The notes beneath the pieces were generated by a model, which was not told the DNA's origin, searched no databases, and saw only the letters and a list, made by a program, of their open reading frames with translations. A stretch of 64,000 nucleotides of DNA from Pseudomonadota bacterium (GTDB lineage Bacteria; Bdellovibrionota_B; Oligoflexia; Oligoflexales; RGVZ01): assembly GCA_041178085.1 (NCBI GenBank), contig JBEGVZ010000037.1:8733-72732 (forward strand), in the 5' to 3' direction. A program made the position numbers and the translations under genes. This document shows, piece after piece, positions 36,888 through 45,756 of the stretch. How positions within the stretch are numbered: position 1 is the first letter of the stretch; each line of letters opens with the position of its first letter.

Positions 36888-38522
36888 GTGATTGGAACGG
36901 AAACAACAGAAAGCAAGCAAGCCGGAGGTGAAAGCCCCGGCTTCCTGATGTCTTGTATCGTGCAGCTTGAGGCGATTGTCGAAGACAGAAGCCTTCTGGC
37001 AGACCTGGATGAAACCACCCGCACACGACTGGTCAAGGCGGCCGGGATGATTGCCCGACCCGACCGCGTTGCGATCAAACAACTCTCCCGCGCCTTTCGC
37101 AGGCGCGACAGGCAGACGGCAAAGGAAGAGAAAGCTGAAGCGCGGGCGGCAAGCATCGCGGCCAAATCCGCCACTGGACTTCGCCAAGCCCGTACAAGCC
37201 AGGTGTTTGTTGCGCCGGAGAAAACTCTCCCTGCCGACACCGGTCAATCTTACCAGCCCATGCGCCTGGCAAAACCGCAGGCATGTTACGTATGCAAGTC
37301 CAGCTACCAGGAACTTCACTTTTTTTATGATTCCATGTGCCCATCGTGTGGCGACTTCAATTACCAGAAAAGATTCCAGACAGCCGACTGCCGTGGACGC
37401 ATCGCTCTGGTCACGGGATCCCGGGTCAAGATCGGCTACCATGCTGCGCTGATGCTGCTGCGTGCCGGCGCCACAGTCATCGTTACGACGCGGTTTCCCC
37501 ACGATGCCGCGCTGCGTTACCGCCGCGAAAAAGACTTCTCTGAATGGAAAACCCGCTTACACATCTACGGGCTCGATCTGCGCCACGCTCCTAGTGTGGA
37601 ACTGTTTGCGCAGCATCTATGCGACCGCTTCCAGACGCTTGATTTCTTGATCAACAATGCAGCACAGACCGTGCGGAAGCCGCGCGGATTTTATGATCAC
37701 ATGATGAAGACGGAAGAGACGTTGCCAGAGGATCCTGAGGTCTTATCCCTGCTGGCGGGGTTCCATGAAGTCCGCACACGGATTGAACAGAATCTGGCCG
37801 CCAACGATGCACCAGCAATTCCAGGAACTGGACCTCAGCAAAATGCCGGGCGCGGGCTTCTTGCCTATGCAACCGGAACTGGCAACACCCCTGCTCCGGG
37901 ACTTTATGCTTCTGCCCGCATGTCCCAGGTTCCCTTGTTACCGGATGATTTGAGCTGTGGCAGCGACGTCTTCCCCCCCGGGGAGCTTGATGCCGACCTG
38001 CAACAGGTCGACTTGAGGACCAACAACAGCTGGCGCATGCGCCTGGCCGACGTTTCAACGGCGGAGATGCTCGAGATCCAACTGATCAACGCCGTCGCGC
38101 CGTTTATCCTAAATTCGCGACTAAAGGCGCTAATGCTGCGGCCGGACGAAACGGGCGAAGTGCGCCGCGACAAGCACATCGTCAATGTTTCCGCGATGGA
38201 AGGAAAGTTCACCCGCTACACAAAGACCGACAAGCACCCGCACACCAACATGGCCAAGGCGGCACTCAACATGATGACCCAGACGTCCGCGCCGGATTAC
38301 GTGCGTGACGGGATTCACATGAACGCCGTCGACACCGGCTGGGTCACCGATGAGGACCCAGCGCAACACGCCCAGCGCAAACGAAACGAACTAGGCTTTG
38401 AACCCCCGCTGGATATCGTGGACGGTGCCGCGCGGATTATCGACCCGGTATTTCACGGGCTGAACACCAACGAGCACCTTTGGGGCAAATTCCTCAAGGA
38501 TTACCGCTCAACTGCCTGGTAG
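36888..38522 (+). CDS. SDR-family oxidoreductase with long N-terminal extension containing a CxxC...CxxC zinc-ribbon-like motif
   Basis: Rossmann GRIALVTGSRVKIGYHAALMLLRAGATVIVTTR. NNAA motif and an SDR active-site region NVSAMEG...HPHTNMAKAALNMM. N-terminal ~170 aa contain CYVCKSSYQELHFFYDSMCPSCG. The start (GTG 36888) is uncertain. Confidence 0.7.
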   Translation: MIGTETTESKQAGGESPGFLMSCIVQLEAIVEDRSLLADLDETTRTRLVKAAGMIARPDRVAIKQLSRAFRRRDRQTAKEEKAEARAASIAAKSATGLRQARTSQVFVAPEKTLPADTGQSYQPMRLAKPQACYVCKSSYQELHFFYDSMCPSCGDFNYQKRFQTADCRGRIALVTGSRVKIGYHAALMLLRAGATVIVTTRFPHDAALRYRREKDFSEWKTRLHIYGLDLRHAPSVELFAQHLCDRFQTLDFLINNAAQTVRKPRGFYDHMMKTEETLPEDPEVLSLLAGFHEVRTRIEQNLAANDAPAIPGTGPQQNAGRGLLAYATGTGNTPAPGLYASARMSQVPLLPDDLSCGSDVFPPGELDADLQQVDLRTNNSWRMRLADVSTAEMLEIQLINAVAPFILNSRLKALMLRPDETGEVRRDKHIVNVSAMEGKFTRYTKTDKHPHTNMAKAALNMMTQTSAPDYVRDGIHMNAVDTGWVTDEDPAQHAQRKRNELGFEPPLDIVDGAARIIDPVFHGLNTNEHLWGKFLKDYRSTAW

Positions 38523-38539
38523 GCCTGGCCCCAGCCAAA

Positions 38540-38899
38540 TCAAGCTTTCTTGACCACCGAAGATTTGAGGTTCATGGAACCGAACCCGTCAATCTTGCAG
38601 GAAATGTCGTGACCGTCCGGGCCATCGATGTTGATGCGGATATTCCGGACTTTAGTGCCGGCCTTCAGCGCAGTCGATGACCCCTTGACTTTCAGATCCT
38701 TGACGATCGTTACCGAGTCGCCATCGCGCAGCTCATTGCCGTTGACGTCCCGGACGACCCCTGAATCAGCGGGCGCTTCAGGGACAGACTCCCCTGTCGC
38801 CGCCGCCCACTCGTGAAAGCAATCCGGACAGTTCCAGAGTGACCCGTCGAAGTAGATATTGACGGAACTGCACTTCAGGCATTTCGAAAATCCGGTCAA
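38540..38899 (-). CDS. phnA: PhnA/YjdM zinc-ribbon protein
   Basis: Near-colinear with E. coli PhnA: CLKCSSVN...WNCPDCFHEW...VRDVNGNELRDGDSVTIVKDLKVKGSSTALKAGTKVRNIRI...CKIDGFGSMNLKSSVVKK. TTG start. Confidence 0.88.
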   Translation of the reverse strand: MTGFSKCLKCSSVNIYFDGSLWNCPDCFHEWAAATGESVPEAPADSGVVRDVNGNELRDGDSVTIVKDLKVKGSSTALKAGTKVRNIRINIDGPDGHDISCKIDGFGSMNLKSSVVKKA

Positions 38900-38914
38900 G
38901 AGATCACCCCAGGA

Positions 38915-39466
38915 CTAATGTTTATCGTAATCACCATGATAGCGGATACCGAGGGCGTTGTTGAAACGATTGAGCATGTTGATAAAACCGATCAACCACG
39001 TCAATTCGACAATTTCGGGATCCGTGAAGTGCAGACGGAGATCACTGAAAAGCTGGTCTGTGACGCGGTTCGAGTCGCGGGTAACTACCTCGGTGTACTG
39101 CAAGGCAACTTTTTCGAGCGGAGACAACAGAGCTTGGTTCTCGACCGCCACCACCGGATCGTCACTGATGCCCAGCTGCCGCATCAAGCTGATGTGAGAC
39201 GTGGCGCAAAATTGGCACTCGTTCAACAAGGATGCCTTCAGAATCACCTTCTCCTTCAACTGGCGGGAGAGCAGGCCACCCGGGTACACACACTTGCCAA
39301 AGGTAGCAAATGACTCCATGATCTCTGGACGCATCGCTATCGCTTGCAACATCTCGACCACGGGCAGACCCTTTTCCTGAAGGGCGCGACTTTCCGCCAG
39401 GCTCTCATCATCCTTAACAGCATCGAAAGATTTTTTTACAATATCTTGATCGATCGTGATGCGCAT
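38915..39466 (-). CDS. carboxymuconolactone decarboxylase / AhpD-like family protein
   Basis: ATG 39466 with an AAGAGGG RBS. AhpD-core motif NECQFCATSHISL. The track N-extension to 39631 was rejected. Confidence 0.7.
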   Translation of the reverse strand: MRITIDQDIVKKSFDAVKDDESLAESRALQEKGLPVVEMLQAIAMRPEIMESFATFGKCVYPGGLLSRQLKEKVILKASLLNECQFCATSHISLMRQLGISDDPVVAVENQALLSPLEKVALQYTEVVTRDSNRVTDQLFSDLRLHFTDPEIVELTWLIGFINMLNRFNNALGIRYHGDYDKH

Positions 39467-39560
39467 TTTGCCAGCCCTCTTTGGAAGACCCTGATAAACC
39501 AGGGGTCTGGTGGTTCTAGTCAGATCAGCCACAAACTGCCAGCAGAATCGGAGACCAACA

Positions 39561-40853
39561 TTGAGCACAGCGAGGACAGTATGCGTGATCGGGGCAGGCC
39601 CCTCGGGAATCACTGCAGCGAAGAATTTCAAGGACCTGGGATTTGCCGTTACCGTCTATGAACGCGGCGACCAAGTTGGCGGAAACTGGCGCTTCGACGA
39701 CAAATCTGGCCATGCGAGCGTGTTTGAGACAACCCACATCATCAGCTCCAAGGTCAGTTCCCAGTATGAAGATTACCCGATGCCACCGGATGCCCCCGAT
39801 TACCCCCACCACAGCTACCTGCTGAAATATTTCCAGGGATATGCGGATCAATTCGGAGTGACTCCGCTGGTCCAGTTCAACACGATGGTCACAGGATGTG
39901 AGCAAACCGCAGACGGTGGCTGGCTGGTCTCCACAAACCACGCCGGCGATCCCCGTACAACCAGGTTCGACGCTCTTGTGGTCTGCAACGGCCACCACTG
40001 GAAACCCCGCTGGCCGGAATATCCGGGTACCTTCAGCGGTGAGGTTTCCCACTCCCATGAGTTCAAGCGGGCGGACGCGTTCAAGGGTAAAAAAGTGCTG
40101 GTCGTGGGCGGAGGAAACTCTGCCTGCGATATTGCAGTTGAAACCAGCCGCGTGTCGGAAAGAACGGACATCAGTTGGCGGCGCGGCTACTGGCTCGTCC
40201 CGAAATTCATCTTTGGAAATCCGTCGGACGCCTTCTATTACAAGTTCTCTTTTTTCCCTCGCTGGTCCAAGGTCATCATCAGCGAAATTCTGCTGCGCCT
40301 GCTGCTGGGAAAAAATTCTCGCATCGGACTGCAGAACCCTGACCACTGGTTCGGGTCATCCCATCCGACCATCAACTCCGAGCTCTACTACTTCATCCGG
40401 CATGGACGGATAAAGCCGCGCGTCGACATCGATCGTTTCGTGGGCAAGACGGTACAGTTCAAGGATGGTACCAAACAGGATTACGACACGGTCATCTACG
40501 CAACAGGTTACTGGATTGACCACCCATTCTTTGACAAGTCGATGGTCGATTTCTCAAAGGGATCGGTCCCGCTCTACCTGCGTTTTCTGCCGGAAAAATT
40601 AAAGAACTGCTATTTCATCGGACTGTTCCAGCCGCTGGGATGTATCTGGCCTGGAGCAGAGCTCCAGTCAAAGCTTGCCGCCCGCCATCTGGCCGGACTC
40701 TGGTCAGCGCCGGCAGACCTTGGCGCCAGGATCCAACGGGAAATTGATCATCCAGACTACAACCAGCTGAAAACCCCGCGCCACACTATCACCGTCGATG
40801 ATATTTTTTTCAGGAAGCGATTGCGCAAGGAGCTTGCACGCTCCAGGGCATAG
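39561..40853 (+). CDS. flavin-containing monooxygenase (class B FMO/BVMO-like)
   Basis: FAD motif VCVIGAGPSGITAAKNF and the FMO-type GDQVGGNW. NADPH motif KKVLVVGGGNSACDIAVE. TTG 39561 with a GGAGA SD is preferred over GTG 39510. Confidence 0.8.
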   Translation: MSTARTVCVIGAGPSGITAAKNFKDLGFAVTVYERGDQVGGNWRFDDKSGHASVFETTHIISSKVSSQYEDYPMPPDAPDYPHHSYLLKYFQGYADQFGVTPLVQFNTMVTGCEQTADGGWLVSTNHAGDPRTTRFDALVVCNGHHWKPRWPEYPGTFSGEVSHSHEFKRADAFKGKKVLVVGGGNSACDIAVETSRVSERTDISWRRGYWLVPKFIFGNPSDAFYYKFSFFPRWSKVIISEILLRLLLGKNSRIGLQNPDHWFGSSHPTINSELYYFIRHGRIKPRVDIDRFVGKTVQFKDGTKQDYDTVIYATGYWIDHPFFDKSMVDFSKGSVPLYLRFLPEKLKNCYFIGLFQPLGCIWPGAELQSKLAARHLAGLWSAPADLGARIQREIDHPDYNQLKTPRHTITVDDIFFRKRLRKELARSRA

Positions 40854-40877
40854 GCCGGGAAACAGGACCACGCTGGA

Positions 40878-42311
40878 TCACAGCAAGCGATCAAAAAGGT
40901 TCGCCAGGGGAAGCGCCAGGAAATAGAAGAGTTTCTGCTCGCCGGTGGCTCCCTCAATGAGAACCGTGAACGGTGAATTGCCATCCTCAAAAAGCCGCTT
41001 CGAGTGCTGCAACCTTTTGTTGATATCGGAGATCATTTCCGCGGCGAGTTCGGGTTGATTACGGCAAATCAACATCAATTCCGAATTCAGGTTGGCAGAT
41101 CGCGGATCGACGTTGTAAGTGCCAATCACCACATGCCTGCGATCGACCACAGCGCGCTTAGAATGCACCCCCCAACGCTGAGAGGTCTCTGGACTGACCA
41201 GCAGCGGGTCGGAGGGGGGCGATCCATCGTAAAGCCTGACATCAATCTTGTTTTGTTGGAGGGGCTTCAGCGTGAAGGTCATTGCTGACACAGTGTAATA
41301 GGCATCCGTCGACGCCAGGCTGTTGGTCAGGAAGGTCTGGCGGACCCCGCGGTCAGCCAGGTCCCGCAGCAGGGCCATCCCGTCTGGACGCAAAATGAAG
41401 TAGGGACTTTCACCTAGAACCTCCTCTTTTGCCTCCCCCAGGAATTCCACCAGACGCTTGAACACCTGCCGGTTATAGGAGGGGATGCCACTGTAGTCGG
41501 TAGCAAAGACAATATCGTTGCAAACGTGGGATCTGGGCGATGCTCCAGTCCCCTTGACCGCAGCTTCGATCTTTGAAAACAAACTGGCATTGGCGGCAGG
41601 ATCGAGGAATGCCTGGTCCATCACCGAATCGGAAGACCCAACTTTCTCCGGATCGGTGGCCAGCTCCGAGTTCCAGTAAAAAAGAAAGCTGGCACGCATT
41701 GTTTTTACCACACTGCCATGAACCAGAATGTCACTGTCCAGGAAGTTGTAATGCGGTGACAGGTTGAAATAGTCGTTCCCAATATTTCTTCCGCCCGTGA
41801 TCGCGCTCACCCCGTCCACCAGAAGCAATTTGCGATGGCTGCGGTGCTGGGAACTGACAAAACGGAGAGCGCTCGATGTGTTGTAGTAGCGGACTTCGAC
41901 ACCGCGGGACTTGAGGGCCCTTGCGTAAGAAGGACCCAGTTTGAAGACAGGCGCAGCGAAATCCACCAACAGCTTGACCTGGACCCCCCTGGCCGCTGCC
42001 TGCACCAGTTTTTGCGTCACCAGCTGGGCAGCAAGGTCCAGCTCGTAGATGAAAAACTCAAGCTCGATTGAATTCCTGGCCTGATCGATTAATTCGAGGC
42101 GCCTCTGCAGGCTGACGAGTCCGTCGTTGACCAACTCAACTTTATGTGGCTTCAGCGATCTGACGTAAACCGGATCGGCCTTGATGGCTGGGGGACGATC
42201 ATGCTGATCCCCCCACCAAAGGAATGCCCCCACCACCACATAAACAAGCACCACCAGACCGAAGACAAGCCCGATCGTCCAACTGGCAAGTTTGAGCAGG
42301 ACATGGCGCAA
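40878..42311 (-). CDS. membrane-anchored phospholipase D / cardiolipin-synthase-family protein
   Basis: N-terminal TM WTIGLVFGLVVLVYVVVGAFLWW. Two HKD motifs: HRKLLLVDGVSAITGGRNIGNDY and HSKRAVVDRRHVVIGTYNVDPRS. TTG start. Confidence 0.8.
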   Translation of the reverse strand: MRHVLLKLASWTIGLVFGLVVLVYVVVGAFLWWGDQHDRPPAIKADPVYVRSLKPHKVELVNDGLVSLQRRLELIDQARNSIELEFFIYELDLAAQLVTQKLVQAAARGVQVKLLVDFAAPVFKLGPSYARALKSRGVEVRYYNTSSALRFVSSQHRSHRKLLLVDGVSAITGGRNIGNDYFNLSPHYNFLDSDILVHGSVVKTMRASFLFYWNSELATDPEKVGSSDSVMDQAFLDPAANASLFSKIEAAVKGTGASPRSHVCNDIVFATDYSGIPSYNRQVFKRLVEFLGEAKEEVLGESPYFILRPDGMALLRDLADRGVRQTFLTNSLASTDAYYTVSAMTFTLKPLQQNKIDVRLYDGSPPSDPLLVSPETSQRWGVHSKRAVVDRRHVVIGTYNVDPRSANLNSELMLICRNQPELAAEMISDINKRLQHSKRLFEDGNSPFTVLIEGATGEQKLFYFLALPLANLFDRLL

Positions 42312-42442
42312 TGAGCAAAACCAAAAAAGTTAGGGAGGGATGCCCGCATGAAATGCGGAACACACCCTCCCTGAATATTAACGAACAACCCTTCGCGCGT
42401 CACCTTACCCGTCGATCCAGGGAAGGGTCGGCCAGCGCTCAA

Positions 42443-42871
42443 CTACTTGCTGAAAAGCTGGAGGCCGTTGGCAATAACATCGGTCTGCTCGACCTCTTGC
42501 CCTGTCCTGCGGTCATTGAACACAGTGCGCTTGCTCGCCGTGTAACGATCGTTCCCGGATTGCATGACAGTGATTTCCACCAGGGTACCGTCAGATGGGC
42601 GGTCATCCCGGGAGCAGAACACACGCTCTTCCGAAATTTCACATTCCAGGCCGCGGGCGATCGACTCAGAAGTCTCGATCATTTTCCGCTGGGGGCGGCT
42701 ATAAAAAGCCTGACCCAAGGTGATGTCGTAACCTTCACCTGACTCGGCTATCACCAGCTCGGTCAATGCACCGTCCACCGGCCTCAGGTCTTTTCTGAAA
42801 ACAATGTTTGATTGCGCCATGGCATGCGACGCGGTTGAAGCGGCCAGAAAGGCAAATACGAATTTTTTCAT
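42443..42871 (-). CDS. small secreted protein made of two tandem ~50-aa repeats
   Basis: AAGGAG RBS. Signal MKKFVFAFLAASTASHAMA. Repeat 1 is RPVDGALTELVIAESGEGYDIT...IARGLE and repeat 2 is RPSDGTLVEITVMQSGNDRYTA...IANGLQ. Confidence 0.65.
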   Translation of the reverse strand: MKKFVFAFLAASTASHAMAQSNIVFRKDLRPVDGALTELVIAESGEGYDITLGQAFYSRPQRKMIETSESIARGLECEISEERVFCSRDDRPSDGTLVEITVMQSGNDRYTASKRTVFNDRRTGQEVEQTDVIANGLQLFSK

Positions 42872-42901
42872 GGTTCGGACTCCTTTAAAAAATCCTCACA
42901 C

Positions 42902-42930
42902 TTATTATTAATTTTTAATAAAAAAGTCAA
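42902..42930 (-). promoter_or_regulatory. candidate sigma70-type promoter for the 142-aa gene
   Basis: The minus strand reads TTGACT-17 nt-TAATAA inside a strikingly AT-rich stretch. This would give a ~25-nt leader to ATG 42871. A perfect TATAAT on the plus strand (42933-42938) faces the lipoprotein triad. Confidence 0.35.
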
Positions 42931-43125
42931 ATTATAATAGAATTTATTGAACAGCGCCACTGCTGAACGGAATGAGGCGTGCACCATCGCCTTTTTATGC
43001 CTAAATGGCTGTTTTAAATGAATAAAATCAGCACAACTGGATTCGCCATCGGACCCAGCGCCCACCTTCCCTTGGACTTCATCGATCTGATAAGATTCAG
43101 GAAATTTTCCGCAACGAGGTAGAGC

Positions 43126-43635
43126 ATGCGACAAAAGGTCCTGCAATTGGTGCTGCCCGCGGTCGCACTTACGGCAACCATGACAGGGTGCGCCATCCTG
43201 CATCACGCCCAGGTCGGCGACATCGACAACCGCAAAGGGGTTGCGCACCGTCCGTTTGAACTCAAAGTCAGCGAAACCGGCGTCAACATGGAAGAAGCCG
43301 GAGACATCGCGAAATCACTCTCCCGCAGCAAACAGGCCAACAAGGACATCGAAAATGCCCTTGGCATCATCGGCCTTTTCCAGATGGGGCCGAAAACTGG
43401 CAATCCGGTTTTCAACGATGGGTACGCTAAAAATATTGTGAATGACCTTTACCGCGAATGCCCCTCCGGCCGGATCACCAATGTGGTTTCGATCCGCGAA
43501 ATGCGCAAATACCCCGGCATCAGTGGCGAGATCGTCAAGATCACAGGCACGTGCACCGGTGACAGGAAAGTTCGCGGCAAGGGCGGAGCAAAAGCATCTT
43601 CCAATGAGCAAGCAAAAGACACGGAGAACCTCTGA
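43126..43635 (+). CDS. lipoprotein, paralog 1 of a tandem triad
   Basis: GAGG RBS. Lipobox LTATMTGC|A. Shared core ...GLF...DGYAKNIVNDLYRECPSGRITNV...ITGTC, plus a Lys/Gly-rich tail. Confidence 0.65.
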   Translation: MRQKVLQLVLPAVALTATMTGCAILHHAQVGDIDNRKGVAHRPFELKVSETGVNMEEAGDIAKSLSRSKQANKDIENALGIIGLFQMGPKTGNPVFNDGYAKNIVNDLYRECPSGRITNVVSIREMRKYPGISGEIVKITGTCTGDRKVRGKGGAKASSNEQAKDTENL

Positions 43636-43955
43636 TGCAATTGGCAAAAAGAATCAAGAAAACGTTGTTGGGCTGTGCGCTGATGATCAATGCGGCTGGC
43701 TGCGTATCACTGCAAAGTGTTTCCCTCACCCAGATCCCGGCCAAGCGGGACAATAAGGTGACGGCCTCCACTGACAAGTGGATCATTCTTGGGTTCAACT
43801 TTGACAACGACTACGTGGACAAGCTGACTGAGAAGCTCAAAGACAAGTGCGAGAACGGGCAGATCCGGGGCATCCTGACCAAAGACGAGACAACCTCTTA
43901 TTTTCTTGTCTTCAAACGCTCCGTGACGGCCACGGGATACTGCATCAAGGCATAA
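43635..43955 (+). CDS. lipoprotein, paralog 2 of a tandem triad
   Basis: The ATG overlaps the upstream TGA (TGATG). Lipobox INAAGC|V. ILGFNFDNDYVDKLTEKLKDKCENGQIRGILT...TATGYCIKA. Confidence 0.65.
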   Translation: MQLAKRIKKTLLGCALMINAAGCVSLQSVSLTQIPAKRDNKVTASTDKWIILGFNFDNDYVDKLTEKLKDKCENGQIRGILTKDETTSYFLVFKRSVTATGYCIKA

Positions 43956-44004
43956 TCAAAGGTTAATGCGAAAACGGAAATTTGGCCTCAACAGGGGTTC
44001 CAGC

Positions 44005-44340
44005 ATGAAAGTCATTCAACCACGAAAAGCATTCGCAGCGCTGGCATTCTGCATGTCTGTCGCGACGGGCTGCACGCACAGCGTCCACATGGTCCATGTC
44101 AGCGACTTTGCGCCTCATGAACCATTCGAGGGCGGCAAGGTCGTAAAGGCAACGGGCGAGCAATTCGCGATCATGGGTTTTGTCAGCGACACGAACTACG
44201 TCAACAAAGCTTACGCTTCGCTGCAAGCAAAATGTCCGAACGAAGAAATTCAGGGAATTACCACGCAATACAGCACGAGCCACGGCTTCTTCAGCTGGAC
44301 CAACAAGATCCTCATGCAGGGCCTGTGCCTGGCAGACTGA
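44005..44340 (+). CDS. lipoprotein, paralog 3 of a tandem triad
   Basis: Start re-picked at MKVIQPRK. Lipobox SVATGC|T. IMGFVSDTNYVNKAYASLQAKCPNEEIQGITT...MQGLCLAD aligns with paralog 2. Confidence 0.65.
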   Translation: MKVIQPRKAFAALAFCMSVATGCTHSVHMVHVSDFAPHEPFEGGKVVKATGEQFAIMGFVSDTNYVNKAYASLQAKCPNEEIQGITTQYSTSHGFFSWTNKILMQGLCLAD

Positions 44341-45711
44341 TCAGCCCAGGCCTGCAGGGATGAATATCACGAGCCTTGTATCTGCACCGCCATGGGTAAA
44401 GTGAACCGTGCGGGTCTTGTGGGTCTTGTTCAGCGCTTTGACAAAGGCGGCCGATGCTTGCTCATCCGGCACGATACAGCAGCCGGAAAAACTGACTCCC
44501 AATTGAATTTCCAGGTCGGCGATCCGTCCCGCAACGCGCGCAAAATACTTGCGCGCCTCGCTGGCAAGCTTCAGGCGCTGGCCGTAAGGCGGATTCAACA
44601 AAATGGCAAAGTGTCCACCCTCACGGACAAAAGGTCGCAGACTGACCGAGGCATCTGCCTTGAAAAAATCTCCCTCGAAAACACTGATCGCATCCGCCGG
44701 TATCTGCGTGATTTCAACAAATGACGCGGCGTTGCCACGTAACTCAGTCAGTGCGTCGGCGTGACACTCAAGGCAGACCACGGATGGAATCTTTCCGTCC
44801 ACCATCGCACCATTCCCAGATAGCTCAGGCGCCATACGGCCCCGCAGGTGATCGATGGTTGCCGCCGGGATGCCAGAGAAATCCTCGAATGCGAAGCTGC
44901 GCTTAAAGCCCCCTGGCCCGGTGCCAAGGATAGAAATAACCCACTCAAAGGCGAATGTACCGGTGCCGGCAAAGGGAACAAAAAGCGCATCGAATCCAGT
45001 CCGGCCAGATGACTCGATGATCATGCCACGGAGCGCTTCGATGCAAGCTGCAGCCTGGTGCTCGGGCAACGGCGCAACCGCGCCACCGAGGTGTTTTTTA
45101 TACCCTCGCTTGTAAAGAGGTTCACCCGCCAGACTGACGAGCACGCGCAAGCGATTGCGATACAAGTCGAGCCTCAAGCGCAAGGCAGCATCGGGTGTCA
45201 GCGCCAGTCCCAGCGCCTCCACAAAGCGATCCCGTATCCGGGCAGAAGAAACGATAAAGCTCGAGTTTGCGCTGACGGTCACCTGGGCGGGAAGCGCACC
45301 ATGCCCCTCACCAATTTTTTCAGGAGCAAGAAAACCCAGAGCCCGGAGGTCAGTTGCCGCCTTTGCCAGTTGCCCCCAATTGCCGCACTTTCCCTCCCAT
45401 GCGAGCCACTCCACATCATGGGCAACCGTCAGGCGCATGGTCCATTCCATCGCCTGCCGGAAGTCGATGTTCTTGGCTTCCACAATGCCGTCAACGGTCC
45501 CGATCACTGGCGTAAATTTGTAACGGGCAAAAGGCTGCGCGGAAATCCGGGCGACCTGCCGCTCCAGCAACAAATTCCATCCCGGGGCAGGCCGGATCGC
45601 GACCGTGGCGGGGCGAGATAAATATTTGGGTGTTTTCGACGCCAAATGGTCTTTCTTTCGTTGCGACAGGACTGGGGAATACCCGATTTGATGCCGAAAC
45701 ACCAAACCCAA
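44341..45711 (-). CDS. THUMP-domain class I SAM-dependent RNA methyltransferase (RlmL/UPF0020-like)
   Basis: C-terminal catalytic motif LLNPPYGQRL and SAM-binding region FVPFAGTGTFAFEW. N-terminal half is THUMP-like. The start (TTG 45711) is uncertain. Confidence 0.7.
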   Translation of the reverse strand: MGLVFRHQIGYSPVLSQRKKDHLASKTPKYLSRPATVAIRPAPGWNLLLERQVARISAQPFARYKFTPVIGTVDGIVEAKNIDFRQAMEWTMRLTVAHDVEWLAWEGKCGNWGQLAKAATDLRALGFLAPEKIGEGHGALPAQVTVSANSSFIVSSARIRDRFVEALGLALTPDAALRLRLDLYRNRLRVLVSLAGEPLYKRGYKKHLGGAVAPLPEHQAAACIEALRGMIIESSGRTGFDALFVPFAGTGTFAFEWVISILGTGPGGFKRSFAFEDFSGIPAATIDHLRGRMAPELSGNGAMVDGKIPSVVCLECHADALTELRGNAASFVEITQIPADAISVFEGDFFKADASVSLRPFVREGGHFAILLNPPYGQRLKLASEARKYFARVAGRIADLEIQLGVSFSGCCIVPDEQASAAFVKALNKTHKTRTVHFTHGGADTRLVIFIPAGLG

Positions 45712-45756
45712 TAACAGGCGCCGCTGCAGGCTTGCGGGACGCCGGGAATTAACATC

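Noticed and set aside
36135-37502. A 455-aa minus-strand ORF antisense to the E2 and SDR genes.
   Set aside because: It lies opposite two genes with strong motif support. Its Arg/Gly/Ala-rich composition is typical of antisense frames in GC-rich DNA, and it has no motifs.
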